Origin: an uncultured Gammaproteobacteria bacterium
GTDB lineage: Bacteria; Patescibacteriota; Microgenomatia; Levybacterales; GWA1-39-11
Reading direction: 5' to 3'
DNA length: 64,000 nt
NCBI GenBank assembly: GCA_964511965.1
Contig: CAZEGF010000023.1
Location: 42,887-106,886, forward strand
In this document: piece after piece, positions 9,885-19,152 of the stretch
Layout: every line of letters starts with the position of its first letter
Position numbering within the stretch: the stretch's first letter is position 1
Made by a program: the position numbers and the translations under genes
Notes under the pieces: generated by a model
What the model saw: only the letters and a program-made list of their open reading frames with translations
Database searches by the model: none
Told to the model about the DNA's origin: nothing

Positions 9885-9899
9885 GATTGACGAATTACA
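9865..9899 (+). repeat. Imperfect heptamer tandem repeat (AATTGAG-like x5) across the tsaC stop
   Basis: AATTGGA AATTGAG AATTGAG ATTGACG AATTACA. Confidence 0.6.
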
Positions 9900-9901
9900 A
9901 A

Positions 9902-10216
9902 ATGACTATTTTGCATATTGATACTAGGGATAATAAAAATGTTGTTGCAAAACTTGATATTGATGGAAAAATTATCGAAGCCAATTCAATAAATGAAGAT
10001 AGAAGACCGGAATCAATAGTCAATCTGATTGCTGCGGTTTGTGAGAAAGCCGGGATTAGGGTACAGGATGTAGATGAAATAAATGTTGAGGAAGGTCCAG
10101 GATCGTACACAGGACTTAAGGTAGGAGTAAGTGTAGCCAACGCTTTGTCTTTTGCTCTTGGCAAAAAAGTTAATGGAAAAATGATTGGCGAAATGGTGGA
10201 ACCTACATACGAATAG
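9902..10216 (+). CDS. tsaB: Short TsaB (N-terminal domain only, ~104 aa)
   Basis: ILHIDT and GPGSYTGLKVGVSVANAL motifs; follows tsaE-tsaC; start moved to ATG 9902. Confidence 0.85.
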   Translation: MTILHIDTRDNKNVVAKLDIDGKIIEANSINEDRRPESIVNLIAAVCEKAGIRVQDVDEINVEEGPGSYTGLKVGVSVANALSFALGKKVNGKMIGEMVEPTYE

Positions 10217-10233
10217 ATTTTATTACTGCCAAT

Positions 10234-11100
10234 ATGCACATTCTACATTTTTTTGTCCCCCATAAAAAAAATAACCACAGGGCAAAATTACTTCATAATG
10301 TTACGCTTACCGTCCTAATTCTAACCGTCGCATTAACTTCATCTCTTGCAGTATATCTACAAAAAACACATCCGGAAGTTCTTGGAATTTCGTATCAAAT
10401 TTCAGATATGGAACTTCTCAATTTAACGAATTATGAGAGAACTCAAAACGGATTACCACCACTCGCACTTAACCGACAGCTTTCAACTGCCGCTCACAAT
10501 AAATCTGATCACATGTTTGCTAACAATTATTGGGCACATTTCGCGCCCGACGGTACAAGTCCTTGGTATTTTATTAAAAACGCAGGATACGAGTATACAT
10601 ATGCAGGGGAAAATTTAGCAAAAGGATTTACAACTTCATCAGATGCAATGTCTGCTTGGATGAAATCACCAACACACAGAGCAAATATATTAGCACGACA
10701 ATACGAAGATGTTGGATTTTCTGTAGCTGAAGGAAAATTACAGGGGGAAGACACCATTCTTATTGTTCAAGAATTTGGAGCAAGGGATAAAACGGGGACA
10801 ATCAATCCTAACGGCACAATTGATACTCAAGTACCACCAAATTTTGGTAATCTTGCTGAGGTTAAGGGTTCGACTGGAACTCAAAATATTGAGAATAAAC
10901 CACTACTTGATATAGGAGTAGTCGCAAAAACTATTACTTTCATTTTACTTTCAGCACTTCTCATTGCTCTTGTTTTGGACTTTATTATTATTGAGAAAAA
11001 GAAAATTCCTAGAGTAGTTGGAAATAATTTGGATCATATAATATTAATAACTATATTCGTTTCATTTTTACTCATGGCAAAATTAGGAAAAATAATTTGA
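10234..11100 (+). CDS. Membrane-anchored CAP (SCP) domain protein
   Basis: LTNYER, HM...YWAH, AGENLA, WMKSPTHRANIL; N- and C-terminal TM segments. Confidence 0.88.
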   Translation: MHILHFFVPHKKNNHRAKLLHNVTLTVLILTVALTSSLAVYLQKTHPEVLGISYQISDMELLNLTNYERTQNGLPPLALNRQLSTAAHNKSDHMFANNYWAHFAPDGTSPWYFIKNAGYEYTYAGENLAKGFTTSSDAMSAWMKSPTHRANILARQYEDVGFSVAEGKLQGEDTILIVQEFGARDKTGTINPNGTIDTQVPPNFGNLAEVKGSTGTQNIENKPLLDIGVVAKTITFILLSALLIALVLDFIIIEKKKIPRVVGNNLDHIILITIFVSFLLMAKLGKII

Positions 11101-11101
11101 T

Positions 11102-11359
11102 ATGAAAAGAAATCATGCACTGCTTTATCTCATTGAATTTTTGATAATCGGTGGTGGATTTGCTTTGATTTTATCTCTAACTTTAACGTTTTATATGCAA
11201 ATGCTTATTATCGCAGCAATTTTGATTTTATATATTGTAATAGGGTTGACACATCATAGAACTCATCATGATATTAATATTAAAGTTGTGCTAGAATATA
11301 TTTTAATTAGTACTCTAATATTTGCATTGTTTGTACTTCTGAATACATCAAGAATATAA
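11102..11359 (+). CDS. Small 3-TM hypothetical protein
   Basis: Three hydrophobic helices, HH motif; tightly packed in the operon. Confidence 0.6.
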   Translation: MKRNHALLYLIEFLIIGGGFALILSLTLTFYMQMLIIAAILILYIVIGLTHHRTHHDINIKVVLEYILISTLIFALFVLLNTSRI

Positions 11360-11361
11360 CT

Positions 11362-12084
11362 ATGAAAGGAATAATACTTGCAGGTGGAAAAGCAACTAGA
11401 TTAAGGCCTTTAACAAAAATTACCTCAAAACAATTACTTCCGGTTTATGACAAGCCGATGATTTACTACCCGATAGACACTCTTGTAAAAGCTGGAATAA
11501 AAGATATTCTTATCATTGTAGCACCTGAATATTCTGGTCATTTTCTAAATCTTTTAGGATCCGGTAAGGATTTCAATGTCAACTTTTCTTACGAGGTCCA
11601 AGAAGAACCTAGAGGATTGGCAGATGCTTTTAGAGTTGGCGAAACTTTTATTGGTGATGATAATGTCACAATGATTCTAGGAGATAATATTTTCGATCAG
11701 GATTTTACTGAGAGCATAGCATCATTCCAAAAAGGTGGAAAGGTCTTTGCTAAGAAAGTCCACGATCCTGAACGGTTCGGTGTTGTAGACTTTGATGAAA
11801 ATCACAATGTACTTTCTATAGTTGAAAAACCAGAAGTTCCAAAAAGTGAATATGCTGTCGTAGGATTATATATCTATGATAATAGAGTTATACAATATGC
11901 AAAAGAACTAACTCCCTCAGAGAGAGGAGAAATTGAAATAACAGATATTAATAATAGGTATTTGAGAGACGGAGCATTAGTTGTTGATATTATCGATGGT
12001 ATTTGGCAAGATGCAGGAACTTTTGACAGTCTTTATGAAGCAAGTAAGTATTGGTATGATAAGAAAAAGGCTAACATTTCTTAA
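11362..12084 (+). CDS. rmlA: Glucose-1-phosphate thymidylyltransferase (short RmlA/SpsI type)
   Basis: GIILAGGKATRL.P, SKQLLPVYDKPMIYYP, EKP, RGEIEITD, W.DAGT. Confidence 0.92.
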   Translation: MKGIILAGGKATRLRPLTKITSKQLLPVYDKPMIYYPIDTLVKAGIKDILIIVAPEYSGHFLNLLGSGKDFNVNFSYEVQEEPRGLADAFRVGETFIGDDNVTMILGDNIFDQDFTESIASFQKGGKVFAKKVHDPERFGVVDFDENHNVLSIVEKPEVPKSEYAVVGLYIYDNRVIQYAKELTPSERGEIEITDINNRYLRDGALVVDIIDGIWQDAGTFDSLYEASKYWYDKKKANIS

Positions 12085-12107
12085 TTTTTTTTGATATATT
12101 TTACATT

Positions 12108-12548
12108 ATGCCGCTCGCAACAACAGAAGAAGCAAAAAAAGTACCCACACGTGATCACTCAGGAAATGATAATGGATTTCTTATTGAGCTATTTAAAGAT
12201 AAAGAAACAGGTGAAAAAACAGAAGTATATTTAACTGCAGCAATTCCGGGGGCATTTAAGGGATATCACTTACATAGAGTAAGAGCAGCACGTTACGTTG
12301 CGCTAAAAGGAATTATGAAAATCACGCTTTACAAGCCGGGTGATCCAAATTCTAAAGAGGAACATATCCTTGATAGTTCAAAGCCATCTAGACTTTTTAT
12401 TCCTAAAGACATTGCAACCGGTCTTGAGAATGTAGGAGAAGAAGAGGCTTGGCTAGTCAATTACCCGGATCCAGCTTACGACCCATCCTTAAAAGATGAG
12501 CAAGTTGAATACACAGAAGAAGAACTCCTCCAAGGCATAATTAAGTAA
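12108..12548 (+). CDS. RmlC-like cupin (sugar 3,5-epimerase or 3,4-isomerase)
   Basis: GFLIELF, PGAFKGYHLH, LFIP..IATG cupin pattern; directly after rmlA. Confidence 0.7.
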   Translation: MPLATTEEAKKVPTRDHSGNDNGFLIELFKDKETGEKTEVYLTAAIPGAFKGYHLHRVRAARYVALKGIMKITLYKPGDPNSKEEHILDSSKPSRLFIPKDIATGLENVGEEEAWLVNYPDPAYDPSLKDEQVEYTEEELLQGIIK

Positions 12549-12557
12549 ATTTCTCCA

Positions 12558-12586
12558 TTGAAAAATAGTGAGAATAGCCATACAAT
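12558..12586 (+). promoter_or_regulatory. Sigma70-type promoter of ORFan 12598
   Basis: TTGAAA-17 nt-TACAAT, 11 nt before ATG 12598. Confidence 0.55.
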
Positions 12587-12597
12587 TCAAAATTATT

Positions 12598-13314
12598 ATG
12601 GCAATTCAAGAGGGAGACACATCTGCGTTTTTGAACCTGGATCCAGAAGCTGATTTTACTATGCAGAGTAGGATAATTTTGAAGGACGTGTTGGGTGTTA
12701 TGCAGGATAACCCTGATTTTGTAGCATCAAGCGTTGATGCTGCTGTTGAAATTTGTGCTGATACAGTCAAAAAAAAGCCTGAATTTATACCCATAATCAC
12801 TCCGATCAAAGCTGTTTCTACATATCTTGAAAGTTTTGTTAGGGAGCCTCTTGTTGACGCTGCCGGGAAATATCCTGATCCGGCAGGGGAAATATTGGGA
12901 GATATCTCAAGAGGAGTTTTTCACTTATCAAATGCTCTTGCCGAAGTTGATGGAGTATTAAGTCTTGGAGTACCGGGTCAAGTCATGTTCTCTTTGTCAC
13001 GAGAAGCACAAAATCTTTCTCCAGAAGTAAGATCAGAATTTATATCAAAGCGTAGAGAATTTAGGACATATTTAGCTGAAAGAAGGTTTGGTCTCTATTT
13101 AAAAGATCCAACTGGGGGAAGACTGGTGTGGCAAGAGTATGAAGATCTCATAGATTTAAGCAAAGGAATATCTCCATATGAGGGTTATAAAGTAAATGGA
13201 AATCCAATTAACGAGATAGGAGTAGAAGGTGGATCATTTGTTCTAAATGCATATGGTATGATCTACCGTTGTGCCCGAGAAAAATTAGGATCAGGCATAG
13301 TAGTTACTCAATGA
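12598..13314 (+). CDS. Hypothetical protein (ORFan-like)
   Basis: Long ORF, no recognised motif; start moved to ATG 12598. Confidence 0.6.
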   Translation: MAIQEGDTSAFLNLDPEADFTMQSRIILKDVLGVMQDNPDFVASSVDAAVEICADTVKKKPEFIPIITPIKAVSTYLESFVREPLVDAAGKYPDPAGEILGDISRGVFHLSNALAEVDGVLSLGVPGQVMFSLSREAQNLSPEVRSEFISKRREFRTYLAERRFGLYLKDPTGGRLVWQEYEDLIDLSKGISPYEGYKVNGNPINEIGVEGGSFVLNAYGMIYRCAREKLGSGIVVTQ

Positions 13315-13883
13315 AAACCGTTGCATTTGTAATCCCCGGATACCATCATTCTCCAGACCGGAAAATTTATACAGATATAATAGACGGTTTTGAAGAAAAA
13401 AAATTTAAAGTAATCCCGGTAAAAATTTCCTGGCAATATCACACAATGTCTTTTTGGGTGGAGGAGTTTCTTAAAATTTATGACATTGAAAAAGGAGACA
13501 TAAATATATTTTTAGGATTTTCTTATGGAGCGATGATTTCGTTTATAGCTTCAACACAAGTAAAAGTAGATACTCAAATACTGTGCTCATTGTCTCCATA
13601 CTTTGCAGAAGATCTTGAATTTCTTCCTCGCCTCTGGAAAAAAGGGAAAAGAAGAATTGCTGATTTTAAAACTATATCTGCTTCCATTCGTACCCCTCAA
13701 ATAAAAGCAGATACCTATGTGTTATATGGTTCAAAAGAGAGTAAACAGATTGAAAAAAGAGCTAAAGATGTGTTTGCATTGTTAACATCATCAAAACATA
13801 TTATTCAAATTAAAGATTCAAAACATGATATCGGAAACCCTGACTATTTGTTTGAAATTAGAAAAATTATTGCTCAACTTTGA
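13311..13883 (+). CDS. Alpha/beta hydrolase
   Basis: IPG oxyanion motif, nucleophile elbow GFSYG, C-terminal His (KHD); ATGA overlap with upstream stop. Confidence 0.8.
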   Translation: MKTVAFVIPGYHHSPDRKIYTDIIDGFEEKKFKVIPVKISWQYHTMSFWVEEFLKIYDIEKGDINIFLGFSYGAMISFIASTQVKVDTQILCSLSPYFAEDLEFLPRLWKKGKRRIADFKTISASIRTPQIKADTYVLYGSKESKQIEKRAKDVFALLTSSKHIIQIKDSKHDIGNPDYLFEIRKIIAQL

Positions 13884-13895
13884 TATACTGAAAGC

Positions 13896-14351
13896 ATGGA
13901 TGTCAGGAAATTAATTTCCGAATACTTTGAAAGTGCCCAGTTACTTCAAATAATAACTTCAATCAACGACCAACCTTGGGCTGCAACAGTATTTTTTGCA
14001 TACGATGATGACCTCAATTTGTATTGGATATCAAGGACGGATAGAAGACACTCTCAAGAAATTAATCAAAATCATAATGTGGCAGGAGTGATTGTGAAAT
14101 ATCACACGTATAGTGAAAAGGTAAGGGGGATTCAGTTAGTAGGTACAGCAGAAGAATTGATGGGTGAAGAAGAAGAGAAATGCATGCAAATTTATCAAAA
14201 AAGATACTCGTTCCCTCGAGCAAGGGTATTAAATCCATCTACCGAGGATGAAAATGAAAAAAAAGTACTATATAGATTAAAGCCTACATATATTGTTCTT
14301 TTTGACGAAGTTAATTTTCCAGAAAATCCAAGACAAGAATTCCGACCTTAA
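13896..14351 (+). CDS. Pyridoxamine 5'-phosphate oxidase-like FMN-binding protein (YhbP-like), copy 1
   Basis: PWAATVFF, LYWIS...RHS, N..VAG.I, RGIQL.G. Confidence 0.82.
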   Translation: MDVRKLISEYFESAQLLQIITSINDQPWAATVFFAYDDDLNLYWISRTDRRHSQEINQNHNVAGVIVKYHTYSEKVRGIQLVGTAEELMGEEEEKCMQIYQKRYSFPRARVLNPSTEDENEKKVLYRLKPTYIVLFDEVNFPENPRQEFRP

Positions 14352-14352
14352 T

Positions 14353-14802
14353 ATGGATTTAAAAAAACTGGTGCAGGATTATTTGGCAAGCGCACAAGTA
14401 ATGCAAATTGCCACAGTACATGACAACAGACCGTGGATTGCTACCGTCTACTATGTTGCTGATTCAGAGCTTAATTTGTATTGGATCTCAAAAGGCATGA
14501 GAAGGCACTCTAGAGAACTTGAAAAAAATTCACATGTTGCAGGAAGTGTAGTGGTAAACCATGTATATGGAGAAAAAGTAAGGGGTCTTCAGGTCGAGGG
14601 GACAGCTGAGCAGCTCAAAGGGGTAGAGGCAGAACAAGGATTAAATGTATATAAATCGAGATTTTGGATAGTTGAAGAAAGAGAAAAAGCTTTGGCCGGT
14701 GAAAATGAACCAGCTTATGTGTATAGACTTAAACCGGAGCGGTATGTACTGATTGATGAGGTAAATCTCCCCGATAATCCCCGACAGGAGTTAAAAATGT
14801 AA
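14353..14802 (+). CDS. Pyridoxamine 5'-phosphate oxidase-like protein, copy 2
   Basis: Clear paralogue of 13896..14351 (PWIATVYY, LYWIS...RHS, EKVRGLQ, DEVNLPDNPRQE); start ATG 14353. Confidence 0.82.
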   Translation: MDLKKLVQDYLASAQVMQIATVHDNRPWIATVYYVADSELNLYWISKGMRRHSRELEKNSHVAGSVVVNHVYGEKVRGLQVEGTAEQLKGVEAEQGLNVYKSRFWIVEEREKALAGENEPAYVYRLKPERYVLIDEVNLPDNPRQELKM

Positions 14803-14803
14803 C

Positions 14804-15523
14804 ATGCGCACTAAGCAAATTTATTTAGACGATTCATATTTACAAGAAATGGATGCGGAAATTCTTGAAGTAATTTCTGAAAGCGATGATCGTTACCGCT
14901 TGTTATTATCCCAAACTGTTTTTTATCCAATGGGTGGAGGACAAGCAACAGACCAAGGAAGTTTGGATACCGGGTCTTACACCGGTGAGGTTTACCAAGT
15001 TATGTATAAAGATGGTGAGATTTGGCATTTTGTAAAATGTGATGTAGCGCCGAAAGTTGGGGATAAAGTTCACGGAAAAATAAATTGGGTAAGACGATTT
15101 AAAAATATGCGCTTACATTCTGCAGGGCATATCATAGATTTTGCAATGGCTGCATTAGGTTACTCCCCAAAACAATTAATACCTCAAAAAGCCGATCACG
15201 ATAAAAATCCACATATTGTTTATTCGGGTGTTTTGGATCATGACATTAGAGATGAGCTACAAACAAAAACAAACGCACTTGTTCTTGAGAATCGTGAATT
15301 CTCCTGGTACTTTGAGCCTTATGACCAACTTCAAAAAGAAGCAATTTATTTGCAACCCGGATTACCCACCGACAAACCTTTGAGAACACTAAAGCTTGAA
15401 GGAATTGGGGTAGTTGCCGATGGTGGGACGCAGGTCAAAAAAACTTCGGAAGTCGGAAAAATACAAATCGACGCAATTGAGGAAAAAACAGACATGACTG
15501 TAGTAAAATACTCATTGCAATAA
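14804..15523 (+). CDS. Free-standing alanyl-tRNA editing protein (AlaX-M type)
   Basis: YLDDSY, TVFYPMGGGQ..D.G, MRLHSAGH; DGGTQV where AlaX usually has CGGTHV. Confidence 0.85.
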   Translation: MRTKQIYLDDSYLQEMDAEILEVISESDDRYRLLLSQTVFYPMGGGQATDQGSLDTGSYTGEVYQVMYKDGEIWHFVKCDVAPKVGDKVHGKINWVRRFKNMRLHSAGHIIDFAMAALGYSPKQLIPQKADHDKNPHIVYSGVLDHDIRDELQTKTNALVLENREFSWYFEPYDQLQKEAIYLQPGLPTDKPLRTLKLEGIGVVADGGTQVKKTSEVGKIQIDAIEEKTDMTVVKYSLQ

Positions 15524-15939
15524 TGGATGATAAAAAAACTATTCTTGAATTTTTAAAGACAGTGAACCATGCAGTCATTGGTACCGTCAATAAAAATGGA
15601 AATCCGCAGGGAGCAACCGTTGGATTTGGACAAACTGAAGAATTGGAAATTATTTTTGGAACAAGTAGTCTCACTCAAAAGGCTCAGAATATATCACAAA
15701 ACAACCACGTTTCACTAGTCGTTAATGATCCAACAAGATCCGTTCAGTACGAGGGGACCGCAAGACTTCTTGATGGTGTAGAAAAAGAGATGTATACAAA
15801 AATATATTTTGAAAAAAATCCGGGTATGGCAAAGTACTACGAATTAGAATCACAGCAATATTATTTGGTAACCCCTCACTGGATACGATACATCGATCAC
15901 ACAAAATCCCCAAATGGGACAATTGAAATAAGGTTTTAG
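15523..15939 (+). CDS. Pyridoxamine 5'-phosphate oxidase-like protein, third family member
   Basis: AVIGTV...G.PQ, T..K..NI..N..VSL, SVQYEG.A, P.WIRY.D. Confidence 0.8.
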   Translation: MDDKKTILEFLKTVNHAVIGTVNKNGNPQGATVGFGQTEELEIIFGTSSLTQKAQNISQNNHVSLVVNDPTRSVQYEGTARLLDGVEKEMYTKIYFEKNPGMAKYYELESQQYYLVTPHWIRYIDHTKSPNGTIEIRF

Positions 15940-15943
15940 CAAT

Positions 15944-16789
15944 ATGACTATGCAAGAAATGGGACGCGTTCCTGAAGGTGAAAATTTACAGTTTCTGCAA
16001 GATGTTTTAACAGACGTATCAGAGATAGCTAGGAGAAACTTTGGTAGAACTGCATCTATTTCTACAAAAGATGGAGACAATAACCAAGTTTTAACAGAAA
16101 CAGATTTAGAAATAGGTAAGTTAATTGTAGATAGAATCCAAGAAACATTTCCAACTCACAATATTATTGATGAAGAAGCTGGTGTTATCGATAAAGGGTC
16201 GGAACACACTTGGATAGTCGATCCAGTTGATGGTACAAGTAATTTTGCAAATCGTGCCCCTCTTTTTGGAACAATCATTGGAAAACTTTATAAAAACAAG
16301 GCTGTAGTTGGTGGTGTTGCATTGCCAATGTTTTCCGAAATATATCTAGCAGAGCAGGGTAGAGGAACATTTTGCAATGGAGAAAAATTAGGAGTAACCT
16401 CTGAACAAAATTTATTGGCAGTTCTTGTTGGATATAGTTTGGATGGTCATCAAGAAAATCCACAATTAACTTATGAAGAGTGCGCACTTCTTGCAGATAT
16501 TATCCTTGGGTGCAGAAATCTAAGAACCAGCGGGTCTATATTTGATGCCATGCAAGTTGCTAAAGGAAATTATGGTGCTTATCATCATAGAAATACCAAA
16601 ATTTGGGATATTGTTGGAATGCAGGTAATTATTGAAGAAGCAGGTGGGGTATTTACAAATTTTGATGGAAGTCCTGTTGATTACACTGACCATTTGAAAA
16701 GGGCTAAAGATAAATATCCATTCTCCACAGCAGCACCTGAAATACATAGACAATTACAGGAAATAATTCACAGAAGTAAAGTCATATAG
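15944..16789 (+). CDS. Inositol monophosphatase family protein, copy 1
   Basis: TETD, DEE, WIVDPVDGTSNF, WD..G..IIEEAGG. Confidence 0.92.
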   Translation: MTMQEMGRVPEGENLQFLQDVLTDVSEIARRNFGRTASISTKDGDNNQVLTETDLEIGKLIVDRIQETFPTHNIIDEEAGVIDKGSEHTWIVDPVDGTSNFANRAPLFGTIIGKLYKNKAVVGGVALPMFSEIYLAEQGRGTFCNGEKLGVTSEQNLLAVLVGYSLDGHQENPQLTYEECALLADIILGCRNLRTSGSIFDAMQVAKGNYGAYHHRNTKIWDIVGMQVIIEEAGGVFTNFDGSPVDYTDHLKRAKDKYPFSTAAPEIHRQLQEIIHRSKVI

Positions 16790-17596
16790 ATGGATTATTT
16801 GGAGTTTATAAAAAAAATTTTAGAAGAGGCGTTTGAGATTGCCCGAAATAATTTTGGTAAAACTTCTTCGGTAATTACAAAAAGTGGTGATAACAACCAA
16901 GTCCTGACCGAGACAGATTTGGCTATTGGAAATCTAATCGTTGGAAAAATAAAAGAAGTATTTCCTACCCACAATATCATTGATGAAGAGGCAGGTGTAA
17001 TTGATAATAAATCTGAATTCACATGGGTTGTCGATCCAATTGATGGGACAAGTAACTTTGCAAACGGCATTCCATTGTACGGGGTTATGGTAGGTTTGCT
17101 AAATAAAGAAACACCAATTGCAGGAGGAATTTCTCTTCCATCATTTAATGAAATATATGTTGCTGAAAAAGGGAAGGGTGTATATTGTAATGGTGAGCAA
17201 ATATATGCAACAAAAGATGAAAGTCTTTTGAAAGTTCTCGTCGCATATGGTATCGATGGACATCAAGAAAATCCAGACATTTCTTATAACGAAACAAAAT
17301 TGCTTGGCGAAATAGTTTTGAATATCAGAAATCTCAGATCCAGCAACAGCGCATTTGATACTGCAATGGTTGCAAAAGGCTCGTATGGCGCAACTCTTAA
17401 TAGAACAAGTAAAATTTGGGATAATGTAGCTCAACAAATTATATTAGAAGAAGCTGGGTGCACATATACAGATTTTTTTGGAAAACCAATCGACTATAGT
17501 AACCCTGTCTCAAAAGCCAGAGAAAATTTTACTTTCTGTGCCGCTCCGCCAAATCTTCATCAAGCTCTTCAGACACTCATTCACAAGGTGCATTAA
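16790..17596 (+). CDS. Inositol monophosphatase family protein, copy 2
   Basis: WVVDPIDGTSNF, WDNVA..IILEEAG; shares DNNQVLTETD and DGHQENP with copy 1. Confidence 0.92.
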   Translation: MDYLEFIKKILEEAFEIARNNFGKTSSVITKSGDNNQVLTETDLAIGNLIVGKIKEVFPTHNIIDEEAGVIDNKSEFTWVVDPIDGTSNFANGIPLYGVMVGLLNKETPIAGGISLPSFNEIYVAEKGKGVYCNGEQIYATKDESLLKVLVAYGIDGHQENPDISYNETKLLGEIVLNIRNLRSSNSAFDTAMVAKGSYGATLNRTSKIWDNVAQQIILEEAGCTYTDFFGKPIDYSNPVSKARENFTFCAAPPNLHQALQTLIHKVH

Positions 17597-17627
17597 ATAA
17601 TGTACACTTTAGTAGTAAATAGTTTTA

Positions 17628-18104
17628 ATGTTACGAATGAAAAAGAAGAAAAATAATCACTTTGCTATTATTGTTTTAGGAATCGTAGTTCTGATTATTG
17701 GCGCTGTTTCATATTTTGTTTTTTCAAAACCAACAGCTACTCAACCACAAACTCAAAACCAAACCCAAATAACACCACTTCCATATTCAAATGAGATTCT
17801 AGTAACATCACCCACGCAAAATGAAAAAGTAATTTCCCCTATAAAAATTACAGGGAAAGCAAAAGGAACATGGTATTTTGAAGGTACATTTACTGCTGAA
17901 CTTTTTGATAGCAACAATACTTCTTTAGGAACCGTACAAGTTAATGCAAAAGGTGACTGGATGAGTGAGGAATTTGTACCATTTGAAGGGGATCTTACAT
18001 TTACTTCCCCGGCAACAAAAATGGGAAAACTTATTATAAAAAAGGACAACCCTTCAGGATTACCTGAAAATGAGAAAAAGCTCGAAATCCCCGTGACTTT
18101 TTGA
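17628..18104 (+). CDS. Membrane-anchored Gmad2 Ig-like domain protein
   Basis: N-terminal TM; SP.KITGKA.G.WYFEG.F, WM...FVPF, DNPSGLPEN. Confidence 0.8.
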   Translation: MLRMKKKKNNHFAIIVLGIVVLIIGAVSYFVFSKPTATQPQTQNQTQITPLPYSNEILVTSPTQNEKVISPIKITGKAKGTWYFEGTFTAELFDSNNTSLGTVQVNAKGDWMSEEFVPFEGDLTFTSPATKMGKLIIKKDNPSGLPENEKKLEIPVTF

Positions 18105-18138
18105 GATACTACCCGATTTTGGTATACTTACATACGTA

Positions 18139-19152
18139 ATGTCTAAAATCCTTGTTACTGGTGGGGCCGGTTTTATCGGTTCAAACTTCGTACTTTATTG
18201 GGTCAATAAATATCCGGAGGACACTGTTGTTGTTTTTGATAAGTTGACCTACGCAGGAAATCTTGAAAATCTTTCTTCAATTGAAAAAAAGTCTAATTAT
18301 TTATTTATCCAAGGAGATATAACAGTCCCTGAAATGGTAAATAATGTTATGGAGGGGGTTGATACTGTTGTTCATTTCGCAGCTGAATCACATGTTGATC
18401 GCAGTATTAAAGAACCTGCTGCTTTTGTTAAGACAAATGTATTGGGTACTCAAGTATTACTGGATAGCGCACTCAAGCATAACGTAAAAAGATTTCATCA
18501 TGTCTCAACAGATGAGGTTTTTGGAGCCTTAGCTCTGGACACTACAGAAAAATTTAATGAATCGACTCCCTATGATCCTCGAAGTCCTTATTCGGCAAGT
18601 AAAGCCGGATCAGACCATCTTGTACGTGCGTATTATGAAACCTACAATTTACCCGTAACAATTACTAATTGTGCTAATAATTATGGTCCATACCATTTTC
18701 CCGAAAAACTTATACCATTGGCCATCACAAATATACTCGAAGGGAAAAAAGTGCCTGTTTATGGCGACGGGTTATACGTTAGGGATTGGTTATATGTTGA
18801 AGATCATGTAAGAGCAATTGAGATGGTTTTACAAAAAGGTAAAGTTGGCGAGACTTATTGCGTAGGTAGCATGACTCAGGATATAAACAATTTAGAGGTT
18901 GTTAAGAAAATTCTTAAAATAATGGGTAAAGACGAAAGCCAAATAGAGTTTGTAAAAGATAGACCCGGGCATGATAGACGGTATGCAATTGACTGGTCTA
19001 AAATCCACAACGAATTAGGGTGGGAACCATTAAATGATTTTGATACATGGCTTTCAAAAACGATTGACTGGTATAAAGAAAACGAGAAATGGTGGAGAGA
19101 TATAAAAGAGGGTACCTATAAAGATTATTACAAGGAGCACTACAATTCATGA
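18139..19152 (+). CDS. rmlB: dTDP-glucose 4,6-dehydratase
   Basis: VTGGAGFIGSNF, DKLTYAGN, HFAAESHVDRS, STDEV, YSASK, DRPGHD.RY. Confidence 0.96.
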   Translation: MSKILVTGGAGFIGSNFVLYWVNKYPEDTVVVFDKLTYAGNLENLSSIEKKSNYLFIQGDITVPEMVNNVMEGVDTVVHFAAESHVDRSIKEPAAFVKTNVLGTQVLLDSALKHNVKRFHHVSTDEVFGALALDTTEKFNESTPYDPRSPYSASKAGSDHLVRAYYETYNLPVTITNCANNYGPYHFPEKLIPLAITNILEGKKVPVYGDGLYVRDWLYVEDHVRAIEMVLQKGKVGETYCVGSMTQDINNLEVVKKILKIMGKDESQIEFVKDRPGHDRRYAIDWSKIHNELGWEPLNDFDTWLSKTIDWYKENEKWWRDIKEGTYKDYYKEHYNS

